The position numbers and the translations under genes were made by a program. Of a stretch of DNA of 64,000 bases, positions 1 to 8,137 are shown in pieces; positions within the stretch are counted from its first letter, which is position 1, and each line of letters begins with the position of its first letter. The stretch covers positions 9,742-73,741 of the forward strand of contig JAGDMF010000008.1 of the NCBI GenBank assembly GCA_017860455.1. The letters run 5' to 3'. A model generated the notes under the pieces. That model saw only the letters and a list, made by a program, of their open reading frames with translations, had not been told where the DNA came from and made no database searches. This stretch comes from Bacteroidota bacterium (GTDB taxonomy: Bacteria > Bacteroidota > Bacteroidia > Bacteroidales > WCHB1-69).

Positions 1-1799
1 TTCTAACCAATAATAGTTCATCTATTGGTGTTGGCATTACAGTAGCTGCTGATCTTCAAGTGATTAAAACAGCTTCAAGAAATCCGGTTACTGCTGGTGA
101 TACAATGACTTATTACATTACCGTAATCAATCATGGTGGTTCTAATGCTTCCAATGTAGTTCTTAATGATATTTTGCCTCCTTACTTGACGGTAATAACG
201 GCTACTCCATCCGTTGGAACATGGACAGCTCCATTATGGACTATCGGAACAATGCAAGCGGGTACTTCTCAAGTTCTTACTATTAAAGTAAGAGTGAACG
301 GTACAACACCTCATGGAACTGCAATTGTGAATACTGCAACCGTTTCCAGTACAACTCCGGATCCAAATCCAAATAACAATACAGGTACCAATACCGTATT
401 TGTTGAAACCTGGGCTGATCTTGAAGTGGTGAAAACTGCAAATCATGATACCGTTTCTGCCGGTGAACAGATCACTTATACCATTACAGTTTATAATCAT
501 GGATTTAGTAATGCTTCCAATATCATTGTTAATGATCAAATCCCTGCCGGTTGCACTGTTGTTTCAACTTCGATGACAGCTGGTTCCTGGTTTATTCCTA
601 ACTGGAATATCGGATCTATTGCAGCTGGTGGTCAGGAAACATTAACCTTGGTTGTTTTGGTTCCATCCGGAACAGATAATGGAACAAATATTGTAAACGT
701 GGCAACTGTCGCTTCTACAACTCCTGATCCAAATACAGAAAATAATACTTCATCTGTTACAGTTGAAATTGAAAATGTTGCGGATCTTGTTGTTACAAAA
801 ATTAGTTTGGAAGACATCATCAATCCTGGTGACACCATCACCTATATGATCTCCATCACTAATAACGGACCTGCAGATGCTTATGATATTGTTCTTACAG
901 AATTGATGCCTTCTGAACTCGAATTCGTAAGCGCAATGCCATCAACCGGAACATGGTTGCTCCCAACATGGAGTATTCCTGTAATCCAAAATGGAAATAC
1001 CGCAACGATGATGTTAAAGGCAATTCTTTCACCAACAGTTGATCCAAATACAACAGTTGTGAACAGAGTTACCTTGAATGCGACAACTCCTGACCCTGAT
1101 GAAGATACCAATGAAGATGAAGACGATATTGTTTCCTCTTATGCGGATCTCGCAGTTACGAAAGTGGCTAATATGGACACCGTTATGGCTAACGATCTGG
1201 TAGTTTATACCATCACGGCAACCAATAATGGTGTTACAACTGCAACAAATGCTATAGTCAAAGATTTGTTACCGCCTGATCTGGAATTTGTTTCCGCGAC
1301 AGAATCACCTCAATTCCTCAATGATACCATTGTTTGGGTGATTGGTGAGCTTAATGTGGGTCAAACCGTAACTTTCAATGTTACTGCAAGAGTGAAAAGA
1401 AGTGCTGCTCCTTACTCAACTGTTATCAATACAGTTAATATTTCCAGTGATTTGGATGATTCTGATCTAAGCAACAATACTGCAACTTCCTCCATCTTTG
1501 TGGATGTTTTACTCACTCCATTTATACCGGATGGTATCTCTCCAAATGGTGATGGAATCAATGAAGCATTGGTAATCAGAGGATTGGAAAATTATCCAAA
1601 TAATAAATTGACCATTTTCAACAGATGGGGAGTGATCGTATTTGAAGGTACTCCTTATGCTAATGATTTTGATGGAACTTCTGATAGAGGTATTACTGTG
1701 GGTGGTAATAAATTACCTTCCGGTACCTATTTCTATATTCTCGATTTAGGCGTTAAAGATATGGATCCAATTAGAGGATATTTCTACTTAGCCAGATAG
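1..1799 (+). CDS. T9SS type-B (CHU_C-like) sorting-domain surface protein with DUF11-type repeats; 5' end cut by the window edge
   Basis: The frame is open from base 3 (..VAADLQVIK), so the GTG at 60 is not the real start. There are about five ~115-aa repeats, each opening ADL.V.K and carrying Y.I.V.N.G.S.A.N and TTPDPN..NN motifs. The C-terminal FIPDGISPNGDGINE...FNRWG...GTYFY motif is typical of the gliding-motility/T9SS type-B C-terminal domain. Confidence 0.85.
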   Translation, partial: LTNNSSSIGVGITVAADLQVIKTASRNPVTAGDTMTYYITVINHGGSNASNVVLNDILPPYLTVITATPSVGTWTAPLWTIGTMQAGTSQVLTIKVRVNGTTPHGTAIVNTATVSSTTPDPNPNNNTGTNTVFVETWADLEVVKTANHDTVSAGEQITYTITVYNHGFSNASNIIVNDQIPAGCTVVSTSMTAGSWFIPNWNIGSIAAGGQETLTLVVLVPSGTDNGTNIVNVATVASTTPDPNTENNTSSVTVEIENVADLVVTKISLEDIINPGDTITYMISITNNGPADAYDIVLTELMPSELEFVSAMPSTGTWLLPTWSIPVIQNGNTATMMLKAILSPTVDPNTTVVNRVTLNATTPDPDEDTNEDEDDIVSSYADLAVTKVANMDTVMANDLVVYTITATNNGVTTATNAIVKDLLPPDLEFVSATESPQFLNDTIVWVIGELNVGQTVTFNVTARVKRSAAPYSTVINTVNISSDLDDSDLSNNTATSSIFVDVLLTPFIPDGISPNGDGINEALVIRGLENYPNNKLTIFNRWGVIVFEGTPYANDFDGTSDRGITVGGNKLPSGTYFYILDLGVKDMDPIRGYFYLAR

Positions 1800-1843
1800 T
1801 TTACTAGTAATTAACCGATTAAAAAATTAAAAAATTATATACA

Positions 1844-2767
1844 ATGAAAAGGTTCATAATACTTATAGGCTTAATGGCAGGTTTGCTTGCCTTTGGACAA
1901 CAAGATCCTATGTTTACCCACTATATGTACAATACCCTCTCTGTTAACCCTGCTTATGCAGGGAGCAGAGAGGCTCTTACTGTTACACTTCTTCATAGAA
2001 ACCAATGGGTCTCTTTCCCCGGTGCTCCCAAAACTACTACACTCTCACTCCATACCCCAATCTTCAATGAAAATGTGGGTGTTGGTCTCTCTGTCTGCGA
2101 TGATAAAATTGGAGATACCCGTTTCACTTCTTTCTATGCTGATTTTGCTTTTGGGGTTAAGTTAACCAAAAAAAGCAAACTTACCTTTGGACTTAAAGCA
2201 GGAACAGATCTCTTTAGCGCTGATCTTTCAGCCTTAGACCTCGATGACCCAAATGACCCTGCTTTCCAATATGCATTTAGCAATAAAGTGCTCCCCAATT
2301 TTGGTTTCGGAATGTACTACACTTACAATAATAAATTTTATGCCGGCCTCTCAATCCCCCGATTGTTGGAACATAAATTTGTAGGTGAAAATACCCTCAT
2401 CTCTTCCGGAATTTTGAAAGGACACTACTATTTTATTACCGGTGGTGTCGTGAAAATGGGTCGGTTTGTTGATTTTAAACCTTCAGCATTAGTTAAAATG
2501 ACGGTTGGAGCTCCTGTTCAACTTGATGTTACTGCTTTATTTGAATTCTACAAAAGATTTAATATTGGGGTAATGTACCGTACCGGTGATGGTATCGGCG
2601 CCCTTGTGGGAATCTATTTGTATGAAAGACTTCTTCTTGGCTACTCCTACGACTACTCCTTCACCAATACAACCATGAAGTACAATCAGGGAAGCCATGA
2701 GATTATGCTTAGATATGATTTCATATTCAGCAATCAACATAGAATCAAATCACCAAGATATTTTTAA
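1844..2767 (+). CDS. PorP/SprF family type IX secretion membrane protein
   Basis: A signal peptide is followed by QQDPMFTHYMYN.L.VNPAYAG, and the tail ends in a beta-barrel-like ..HEIMLRYDF motif. It lies directly downstream of a type-B cargo gene, the usual arrangement. Confidence 0.9.
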   Translation: MKRFIILIGLMAGLLAFGQQDPMFTHYMYNTLSVNPAYAGSREALTVTLLHRNQWVSFPGAPKTTTLSLHTPIFNENVGVGLSVCDDKIGDTRFTSFYADFAFGVKLTKKSKLTFGLKAGTDLFSADLSALDLDDPNDPAFQYAFSNKVLPNFGFGMYYTYNNKFYAGLSIPRLLEHKFVGENTLISSGILKGHYYFITGGVVKMGRFVDFKPSALVKMTVGAPVQLDVTALFEFYKRFNIGVMYRTGDGIGALVGIYLYERLLLGYSYDYSFTNTTMKYNQGSHEIMLRYDFIFSNQHRIKSPRYF

Positions 2768-2800
2768 TCCATTTAATCACCCAATTAAAAGTATAAAAAA

Positions 2801-5326
2801 ATGAAAATACGTAGAATAATTACTGCTTTGATATTAATCCTTGTGACTTGCAATGCAATGTCTCAAGACCATAAAGTGAAAATGGGGAATAAATATTTTG
2901 ATCAATTTGACTATGCCATGTCTGTAAAATATTATGAACCGGTCAAAGATAAATCGATTGAGGTTTTAAGAAATTTAGCTCATTCCTATTACATGATAGG
3001 CGATTGGGAAAATGCCAGAACAACCTACGAACAGATCTATACCCTTCCTCAAAAAACATTTGATGATGTTTGGAACTATTTCCTTGTTCTTCAACAATTA
3101 ACCCAATACGATAAAGCGATCTCCTTACTTCCTGAACTTACCAAATTGAATCCTAATGATATTCGGGTGAATTTGTATTTGAAAGCCGGAGATTACTATA
3201 AAAACCTACTTTCAGCTACCCCTAGGTATGAGTTGAAAAATCTGAAGATGAACTCTACCCATCAGGAGTTTTCTACTGCTATTATGGGAGATAAGGTGGT
3301 GTATGCCACTTCAAAAAATAAGTATCACCTTTTCAAAAGAGTGTGGGTGGGTAACCATAAAGGTTATTTGAATCTTTTTGTATCTAAAATACCTGAAGAT
3401 AAAGAGTTTAAATCCGGAAAACCATTGACTCGTGAAGCAAATAAGAAATATCATGATGGTCCCGTTACGTTCAATGAAGCAGGTAATTTTATGGTTTTGA
3501 CCAGAAACAATTACAAAAGCAAAAGTTCTGACGGTACCAGAAATTTACAACTTTTCTCCAGTGAATTAGTGGATGGTGAGTGGTCAAAACCCATTGCATT
3601 CCCTTACAATAATGCGGAATATTCAATTGGACAAGCTGCATTAACTCCCGATGGAAAATATATGTTCTTTGTTTCTGATATGCCCGGTGGAGTAGGAGGG
3701 ACTGACCTTTATGTTGTGGAAAGAAAATCTGATGGTAACTGGGGTCCGATCGTTAATTTAAAAGAACTCAATACTGAAGGAAATGAGATGTTTCCTGTTT
3801 ATCATGCGGATGGCGTTCTTTACTTCTCTTCTAACGGATATCCCGGATTGGGAGGTTTAGATGTTTTTGTAGTACCTGTTTCCGGTGAACAATACAATAT
3901 TTTTGGAAAACCTGAAAATATGGGAACCCCAATTAACGGCACTTACGATGACTTTGCCCTTACTTTTGATAAAAACCAAAAATTTGGTTACTTAACCTCT
4001 AACAGAGCAGAAGGTCAGGGGGATGATGATATCTATTATGTGAATGTGCTTCAACCTAAAAAGTTCAAAAAAATAATTCGTGGAGTTACTAAAACACCTG
4101 AAAATGTGATTGTTCCTAATGCTGAAGTATCCTTAACCCTTAACGGTAAACCGGTAGCTAAAACAGTAAGTGATGATCAGGGTAAGTTTGAATTTGTAGT
4201 TTCTCAACAAACCACTTTTGATTTGAAAGGGATCAAACCTCAGTATAGTGATGGATTAAATACCGCCAATACCGATGTTCCTGACGAGATTGTGTATTCA
4301 GATTTGGTTTTAGATCAAATAAAACCGTTTGGAGTTAAATTTGTCGTGAAAGACAAAGCAACTGATAAAGAGATTCCAAATGCGATGATTCACCTTAAAG
4401 ACAACATCACTTTTGAAGAAGATCAAAACCCAACCGATAATGCGGGTGCTTATTTAAAAGATTTACCTAAGGCTAAATTAAATGATAATATCAGCTATTA
4501 TCTCACTACTTCTCATCCTGACTATGTAACCAATACCCAAAATTACTATCAAAAATTGCTTAAATCGGGGATTTATGAATATATTATCTATTTGGAACCA
4601 CTTAAACAAACCCTTGTTTTAGGCGAAGATTTAGGAAAAAGATTCAATCTCAATCCAATCTATTTCGATTTGGATAAATCGGATATCAGACCCGATGCAG
4701 CCATTGAGTTGGATAAGATTGTTCAGATCATGAATGCATATCCTGATATTGTGATTGAGTTGGGATCTCACACTGACTGTCGTGCTCCTTATGAATATAA
4801 TATGGCTCTTTCAGAAAGGCGTGCCAAAGCATCAGCTGATTATATCAAACAAAGAATCACCAATCCAAAACGGATTTACGGTAAAGGATACGGCGAAACC
4901 CGTTTAGTAAATTACTGTGAATGTGAAGGCGATTACACCGCGATCTGTACAGAAGAACAACATCAGATGAATCGTAGAACTGAATTCAGAGTCGTAGCCA
5001 TTGGTGACAAAAAAGTGAAAATTACTGCTAATGAAACACCAAAAACAAATGCAGGTTTACCTCTCATCCCTAAAGGAAGATCGTTTGATGAAAAAGGTAC
5101 TTATTACAGGGTACAAATATTGAATTCCCCAAAACTTTTTGAATTAAAACCTGAAAATTTCAATGGATTTGATGGAATAGCCTACTATTTTTACAACAAC
5201 AGATACCAATATACAGTAGGTAAAAGTGCCAACAAAGAGGAGATGATTAAGCTTCAACAGCAATTGTTAAAGTTCTATCCCGAAGCATTTTTAGTCAAAT
5301 TTATCGACGGAATCAAACAAAAATAA
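2801..5326 (+). CDS. OmpA-family outer-membrane/peptidoglycan-binding protein (TPR + TolB-like repeats + OmpA_C + SPOR-like tail)
   Basis: OmpA_C core is present (NPIYFDLDKSDIRPDA ... LGSHTDCRAPYEYNMALSERRA ... NRRTEF). TolB-like propeller repeats occur in the middle. This is the third gene of the cargo/PorP/OmpA operon pattern. Confidence 0.85.
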   Translation: MKIRRIITALILILVTCNAMSQDHKVKMGNKYFDQFDYAMSVKYYEPVKDKSIEVLRNLAHSYYMIGDWENARTTYEQIYTLPQKTFDDVWNYFLVLQQLTQYDKAISLLPELTKLNPNDIRVNLYLKAGDYYKNLLSATPRYELKNLKMNSTHQEFSTAIMGDKVVYATSKNKYHLFKRVWVGNHKGYLNLFVSKIPEDKEFKSGKPLTREANKKYHDGPVTFNEAGNFMVLTRNNYKSKSSDGTRNLQLFSSELVDGEWSKPIAFPYNNAEYSIGQAALTPDGKYMFFVSDMPGGVGGTDLYVVERKSDGNWGPIVNLKELNTEGNEMFPVYHADGVLYFSSNGYPGLGGLDVFVVPVSGEQYNIFGKPENMGTPINGTYDDFALTFDKNQKFGYLTSNRAEGQGDDDIYYVNVLQPKKFKKIIRGVTKTPENVIVPNAEVSLTLNGKPVAKTVSDDQGKFEFVVSQQTTFDLKGIKPQYSDGLNTANTDVPDEIVYSDLVLDQIKPFGVKFVVKDKATDKEIPNAMIHLKDNITFEEDQNPTDNAGAYLKDLPKAKLNDNISYYLTTSHPDYVTNTQNYYQKLLKSGIYEYIIYLEPLKQTLVLGEDLGKRFNLNPIYFDLDKSDIRPDAAIELDKIVQIMNAYPDIVIELGSHTDCRAPYEYNMALSERRAKASADYIKQRITNPKRIYGKGYGETRLVNYCECEGDYTAICTEEQHQMNRRTEFRVVAIGDKKVKITANETPKTNAGLPLIPKGRSFDEKGTYYRVQILNSPKLFELKPENFNGFDGIAYYFYNNRYQYTVGKSANKEEMIKLQQQLLKFYPEAFLVKFIDGIKQK

Positions 5327-5332
5327 CACTAC

Positions 5333-5358
5333 AAGGCTGCTCACAAGGCAGCCTTTTT
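5333..5358 (+). terminator. Rho-independent terminator after the OmpA-family gene
   Basis: AAGGCTGC (5333-5340) pairs with GCAGCCTT (5348-5355) around a 7-nt loop, followed by TTTTT. It begins 7 nt after the stop codon. Confidence 0.8.
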
Positions 5359-5360
5359 CG

Positions 5361-5885
5361 ATTGCTCGATTAAGAAGGACTGGTGACGGGAGTCAGGTGA
5401 CGGGAGAAGTTCGAAGTTAAACGTTCGAAGTTCGACGAAAATCGCTATATTGTTCGTCTGCTGTCCGCCGACCGCCGTCTGCCGTCTTTTCTTCATTTTT
5501 CATTATTCATTCGTCTGCTGTCCGCCGACCGCCGTCTGCCGTCTTTACTTCATTTTTCATTTTTCATTTATAATTAGCTTATTAACACATTTTCTCATTA
5601 GCTTATTAATCAGGGCGTGCCGGCTTTCCCAGCCCACAATCCTACCCACGCCGTCGGGCTTGTTCCGGGGTCCGCTTCGCTTCCGTGCTTCGCACCGGCT
5701 TCGCCGCCCTCCAAAACCGCTATCGCGGTTTTTTTGGGTTTTGGCACAATATTTAAAAACATTTTTTTTGTTACACAGTGTCCCACAGTGTACTAATGTG
5801 TACCACAGTGTTTTGATTTTAAAAATTCGCACATTTTAACACTGTGATACCCCGTTTAACACCGTGAAACACTGAGAAATAAAAT
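5361..5885. repeat. Mosaic micro-tandem-repeat block A
   Basis: Contents in order: GGTGACGGGAG x2; GTTCGAAGTT x2; a 57-bp tandem duplication at 5452-5565 built from CTGCCGT/CCGCCGA and TTCATTW heptamers; TTAGCTTATTAA x2; GCTTCGC-type words in a GC-rich stretch; and CACAGTG/CACTGTG words. Confidence 0.9.
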
Positions 5886-5889
5886 ATTT

Positions 5890-5993
5890 CCTGACTTGTC
5901 CCTGTTAGTGCGGTAAAAATACTGTTTTTTTTGAAATAGGTGTTGATTATTAGATAATTAGCACCGCACTAAATTTATAGGGTACAAGTCAGG
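5890..5993. repeat. Long imperfect inverted repeat (~25-31-nt arms, ~48-nt spacer)
   Basis: CCTGACTTGTCCCTGTTAGTGCGGT (5890-5914) faces ACCGCACTAAATTTATAGGGTACAAGTCAGG (5963-5993). It lies downstream of minus-strand ORF 6078-6704. Confidence 0.8.
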
Positions 5994-6077
5994 AACAAAG
6001 TTTTTAAAGGATTTCAATGAAGCAAATCACTATTATTTCTAAGATAAATCGTTTTATAAAATCCTTTAGTGGACAGT

Positions 6078-6704
6078 TTATCTGTCATTTTTAATAATTC
6101 TAGATAAACAATCAATAAATATTAAAATATTTAATTGAGAATATAATATTCCGGATAATTGAATAAAACTTTTTTTTGAATTTCCATAATGAATATATAT
6201 CCGAAAAAACGGAAAATCCTTCGCCATGATTCTTTTATAGCTAAAATCACTAAATTCATCAAAATAAAGTTCTACTTCAGGTAATACTATTTTCCCAACA
6301 ATATTATTGTTTTTTATTTTAATTTTCTTTTTATAAAGATCAATTTCAAAGTCGTTATTATAATTCCTTAAACGTATTAAAAGCAAAATGAAAATTGTTA
6401 CTGATATGACTATTATATAAGCGATATAATTGTGATTTGATGCAAAAATGCTAACTAAAACAAAATATAAATAAATTAAAATACCAATGATTGTTAAAAT
6501 ATTAAAACGTGGTGGACATATACAAATTTTATGATCAGAAATATCAAGTTTATAACTAGGATATCCAACTTTTGCAATTTGTTCCAGTTTCTCTATCAAA
6601 ATTTGGGTATCTATGACATTATCCGGAACATATTCCATGTGTTCTTTACTGTATTCAATATTAGCGACTTCCTCATTGTACTTTTTAAAAAAATTTAAAG
6701 ACAT
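6078..6704 (-). CDS. Hypothetical membrane protein (two central hydrophobic helices)
   Basis: A 208-aa ORF with AT-rich coding-like composition and two hydrophobic stretches (ILTIIGILIYLYFVLVSIF, IAYIIVISVTIFILLLI). No family recognised. It is bracketed by repeat blocks A and B. Confidence 0.55.
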   Translation of the reverse strand: MSLNFFKKYNEEVANIEYSKEHMEYVPDNVIDTQILIEKLEQIAKVGYPSYKLDISDHKICICPPRFNILTIIGILIYLYFVLVSIFASNHNYIAYIIVISVTIFILLLIRLRNYNNDFEIDLYKKKIKIKNNNIVGKIVLPEVELYFDEFSDFSYKRIMAKDFPFFRIYIHYGNSKKSFIQLSGILYSQLNILIFIDCLSRIIKNDR

Positions 6705-6880
6705 TTTTAATAGAATTTAATAGTTTATTGAATTTGTATCATCTGTATAATACACTTTTATAATTTCCAAAAATACAAATTCTTTTCATATAAATTGGGA
6801 AAAAGTATATTTTCACATCAATTAAAGCAATGTGCTGGTCTGAAGTTATACTAATTAAACCAAGAAAGAAGGTAAAAATG

Positions 6881-7587
6881 AGCCGACTGCAGTCTGCCGT
6901 CCCTTTTCCCCAGTCTCCAGTCTCCAGTCCCCAGTCCTATAATGGAACGCGGATGCCACGGATTTTCAAACGCGGATTTAAACGGATTATAAAGTCGGCA
7001 GACGGCGGACGGCAGTCTGCTGTCCCTTTTTCCCCTGTCCCCAGTCTCCAGTCTTCTCAACCCGTAGGGTTCCATGTGAATAACCGTATGCAAGCTTGCG
7101 CAGCTTACGGAAGAATGAAGCCTCCAGTCCCCTTGTCCCCTGTCCCTTTCCCCTTGTCCCTTAATTAGAAAACTGATTCTCCCGACGCCCATTACAACTT
7201 TCCCGATTGGTATTACATAATTGCAGGAGGTTATTTTATAATTGCAGGAGGTTATTTTATAATTGCAGGAGGTTATTTTATAATTGCAGGAAGTTATTTC
7301 AAAATTGCAGGAGGCTATTTTATAATTGCAGGAGGTTATTTTAACTTTCCCGGTGGCTATTACAACATTCCCGGTGGCAATTATAAACTTTCGGGAAGCT
7401 ATTCCATAATTGCAGGAGGTTATTTTATAATTGCAGGAAGTTATTTTATAGTTGCAGAAGGTTATTTCAAAATTTACTGCCGTCTGCCGTCTGCCGTCTG
7501 CCGTCCATTCCCCTTTCTCCTTTCCCCTTCCCCCTTTCCCTTTCGCCCTTCGCCTTTCGCCTTTTGAGCACATTCAAAACATTTTGC
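6881..7587. repeat. Mosaic micro-tandem-repeat block B
   Basis: Contains CTGCCGT and its reverse complement GACGGCAG, CCAGTCY heptamers, an ~85-bp module also found at 15031-15112, the 21-bp array, and then CTGCCGT x4 followed by CCCTTTC/CCTTTCG heptamers. Confidence 0.9.
7191..7484 (+). repeat. Tandem array of 14 x 21-bp units
   Basis: Exact 21-nt register. Main unit is ATTTTATAATTGCAGGAGGTT. Variant units are ATTTTAACTTTCCCGGTGGCT, ATTACAACATTCCCGGTGGCA and ATTATAAACTTTCGGGAAGCT. There are no spacers between units. Confidence 0.95.
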
Positions 7588-7595
7588 TATATTTG
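7588..7595 (+). promoter_or_regulatory. Bacteroidota sigma-A -7 box (TAnnTTTG)
   Basis: TATATTTG followed by CAAA. Part of the 133-bp conserved unit upstream of ORF 7745. Confidence 0.6.
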
Positions 7596-7720
7596 CAAAC
7601 GAAATAACTAACACCCTTAAAGTTTTCAAAAGGTGCACAAATCTTCCAGAATAGGATGAATAGATACACTTGTTAAGGTTTTAAGGTGCATATATATAAA
7701 CGAGTTAGGTGCAATTTTAG
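7588..7720 (+). repeat. 133-bp conserved promoter-plus-leader unit, copy 1, ending in attC/attI-type core GTTAGGTGC
   Basis: About 93% identical by eye to 10493-10625. Contains TATATTTGCAAACGAAATAA, three direct AGGTGCA motifs (7631-7637, 7684-7690, 7707-7713) and GTTAAGG at 7672-7678. Confidence 0.85.
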
Positions 7721-7744
7721 GAAAAAACAGACTACACGATTGAC

Positions 7745-8131
7745 ATGAGAGATACAAATGAAAAGATGATAGAATTATTAGAAGTTTCTAAAAACAATGA
7801 GATTTATTCATCTTTGATTAAGCATAGAATAAGTGGAGAAGATTTGAAAATTAGATTTAGTATCGACTACGTTGACTACGGATATTTAAGAAATATTTTA
7901 GATTTCAGACCTTTTGAAAACACTGGATTTGCAAATTATCAGTATTTTTTTGCTTTGAGTTATCGAAAAGATTCAGAGAATACTAATTTGGCACACATGA
8001 AAATAAGAGTCGAACAAGAAGATAAGCATAAACAATATGAATTTAAGATTTCAAAGAAATATGTTTCAAACATACTTTGGTTTAATTCTTTGACTGATAA
8101 AACAGACGTTGAAAAAATGATTGAAAAATAA
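7745..8131 (+). CDS. Hypothetical protein (cassette ORF)
   Basis: A 128-aa ORF starting 33 nt after the GTTAGGTGC core and ending 6 nt before the next attC-like site. No family recognised. Confidence 0.55.
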   Translation: MRDTNEKMIELLEVSKNNEIYSSLIKHRISGEDLKIRFSIDYVDYGYLRNILDFRPFENTGFANYQYFFALSYRKDSENTNLAHMKIRVEQEDKHKQYEFKISKKYVSNILWFNSLTDKTDVEKMIEK

Positions 8132-8137
8132 AAAACA

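Noticed and set aside
234-1111. Antisense ORFs inside the DUF11 adhesin gene, and similar short antisense or out-of-frame ORFs inside other long genes throughout the track
   Set aside because: Each is fully nested in a longer ORF with clear family motifs. They are low-complexity or lack start context, and are typical shadow ORFs.
5612-5712. tRNA or tmRNA in the GC-rich patch
   Set aside because: No acceptor/T-arm pairing or GTTCRAnnC T-loop could be drawn on either strand. The sequence is partly the GCTTCGC word repeat.
5450-5839. ORF-track entries 5450-5839 (+) and 5557-5832 (-) as protein-coding genes
   Set aside because: They lie entirely inside mosaic repeat block A. Their peptides are low-complexity translations of heptamers (VCCPPTAVCRL x2). 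No promoter or start context was seen.
5765-5880. CACAGTG / CACTGTG heptamers resembling V(D)J recombination signal heptamers
   Set aside because: The match is a 7-nt palindromic-pair coincidence inside a word-repeat block. There is no nonamer at 12/23 spacing and no RAG/Transib-like gene.
7218-7470. AGGAGG in each 21-mer as Shine-Dalgarno sites for mini-ORFs
   Set aside because: No ATG-initiated ORFs follow at SD spacing. Bacteroidota translation initiation is largely SD-independent.
7191-7484. CRISPR array
   Set aside because: The units are directly abutting 21-mers with no unique spacers. The repeats are too short, and no cas genes are in the window.
6830-7573. ORFs 6830-7168 (+) and 6851-7573 (-, 240 aa, ITSCNYK repeats) as repeat proteins
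   Set aside because: The frames stay open only because the 7- and 21-nt periods recycle stop-free words. Composition is unlike the neighbouring genes. There is no signal peptide and no recognisable domain. I kept open a small possibility, testable by proteomics.
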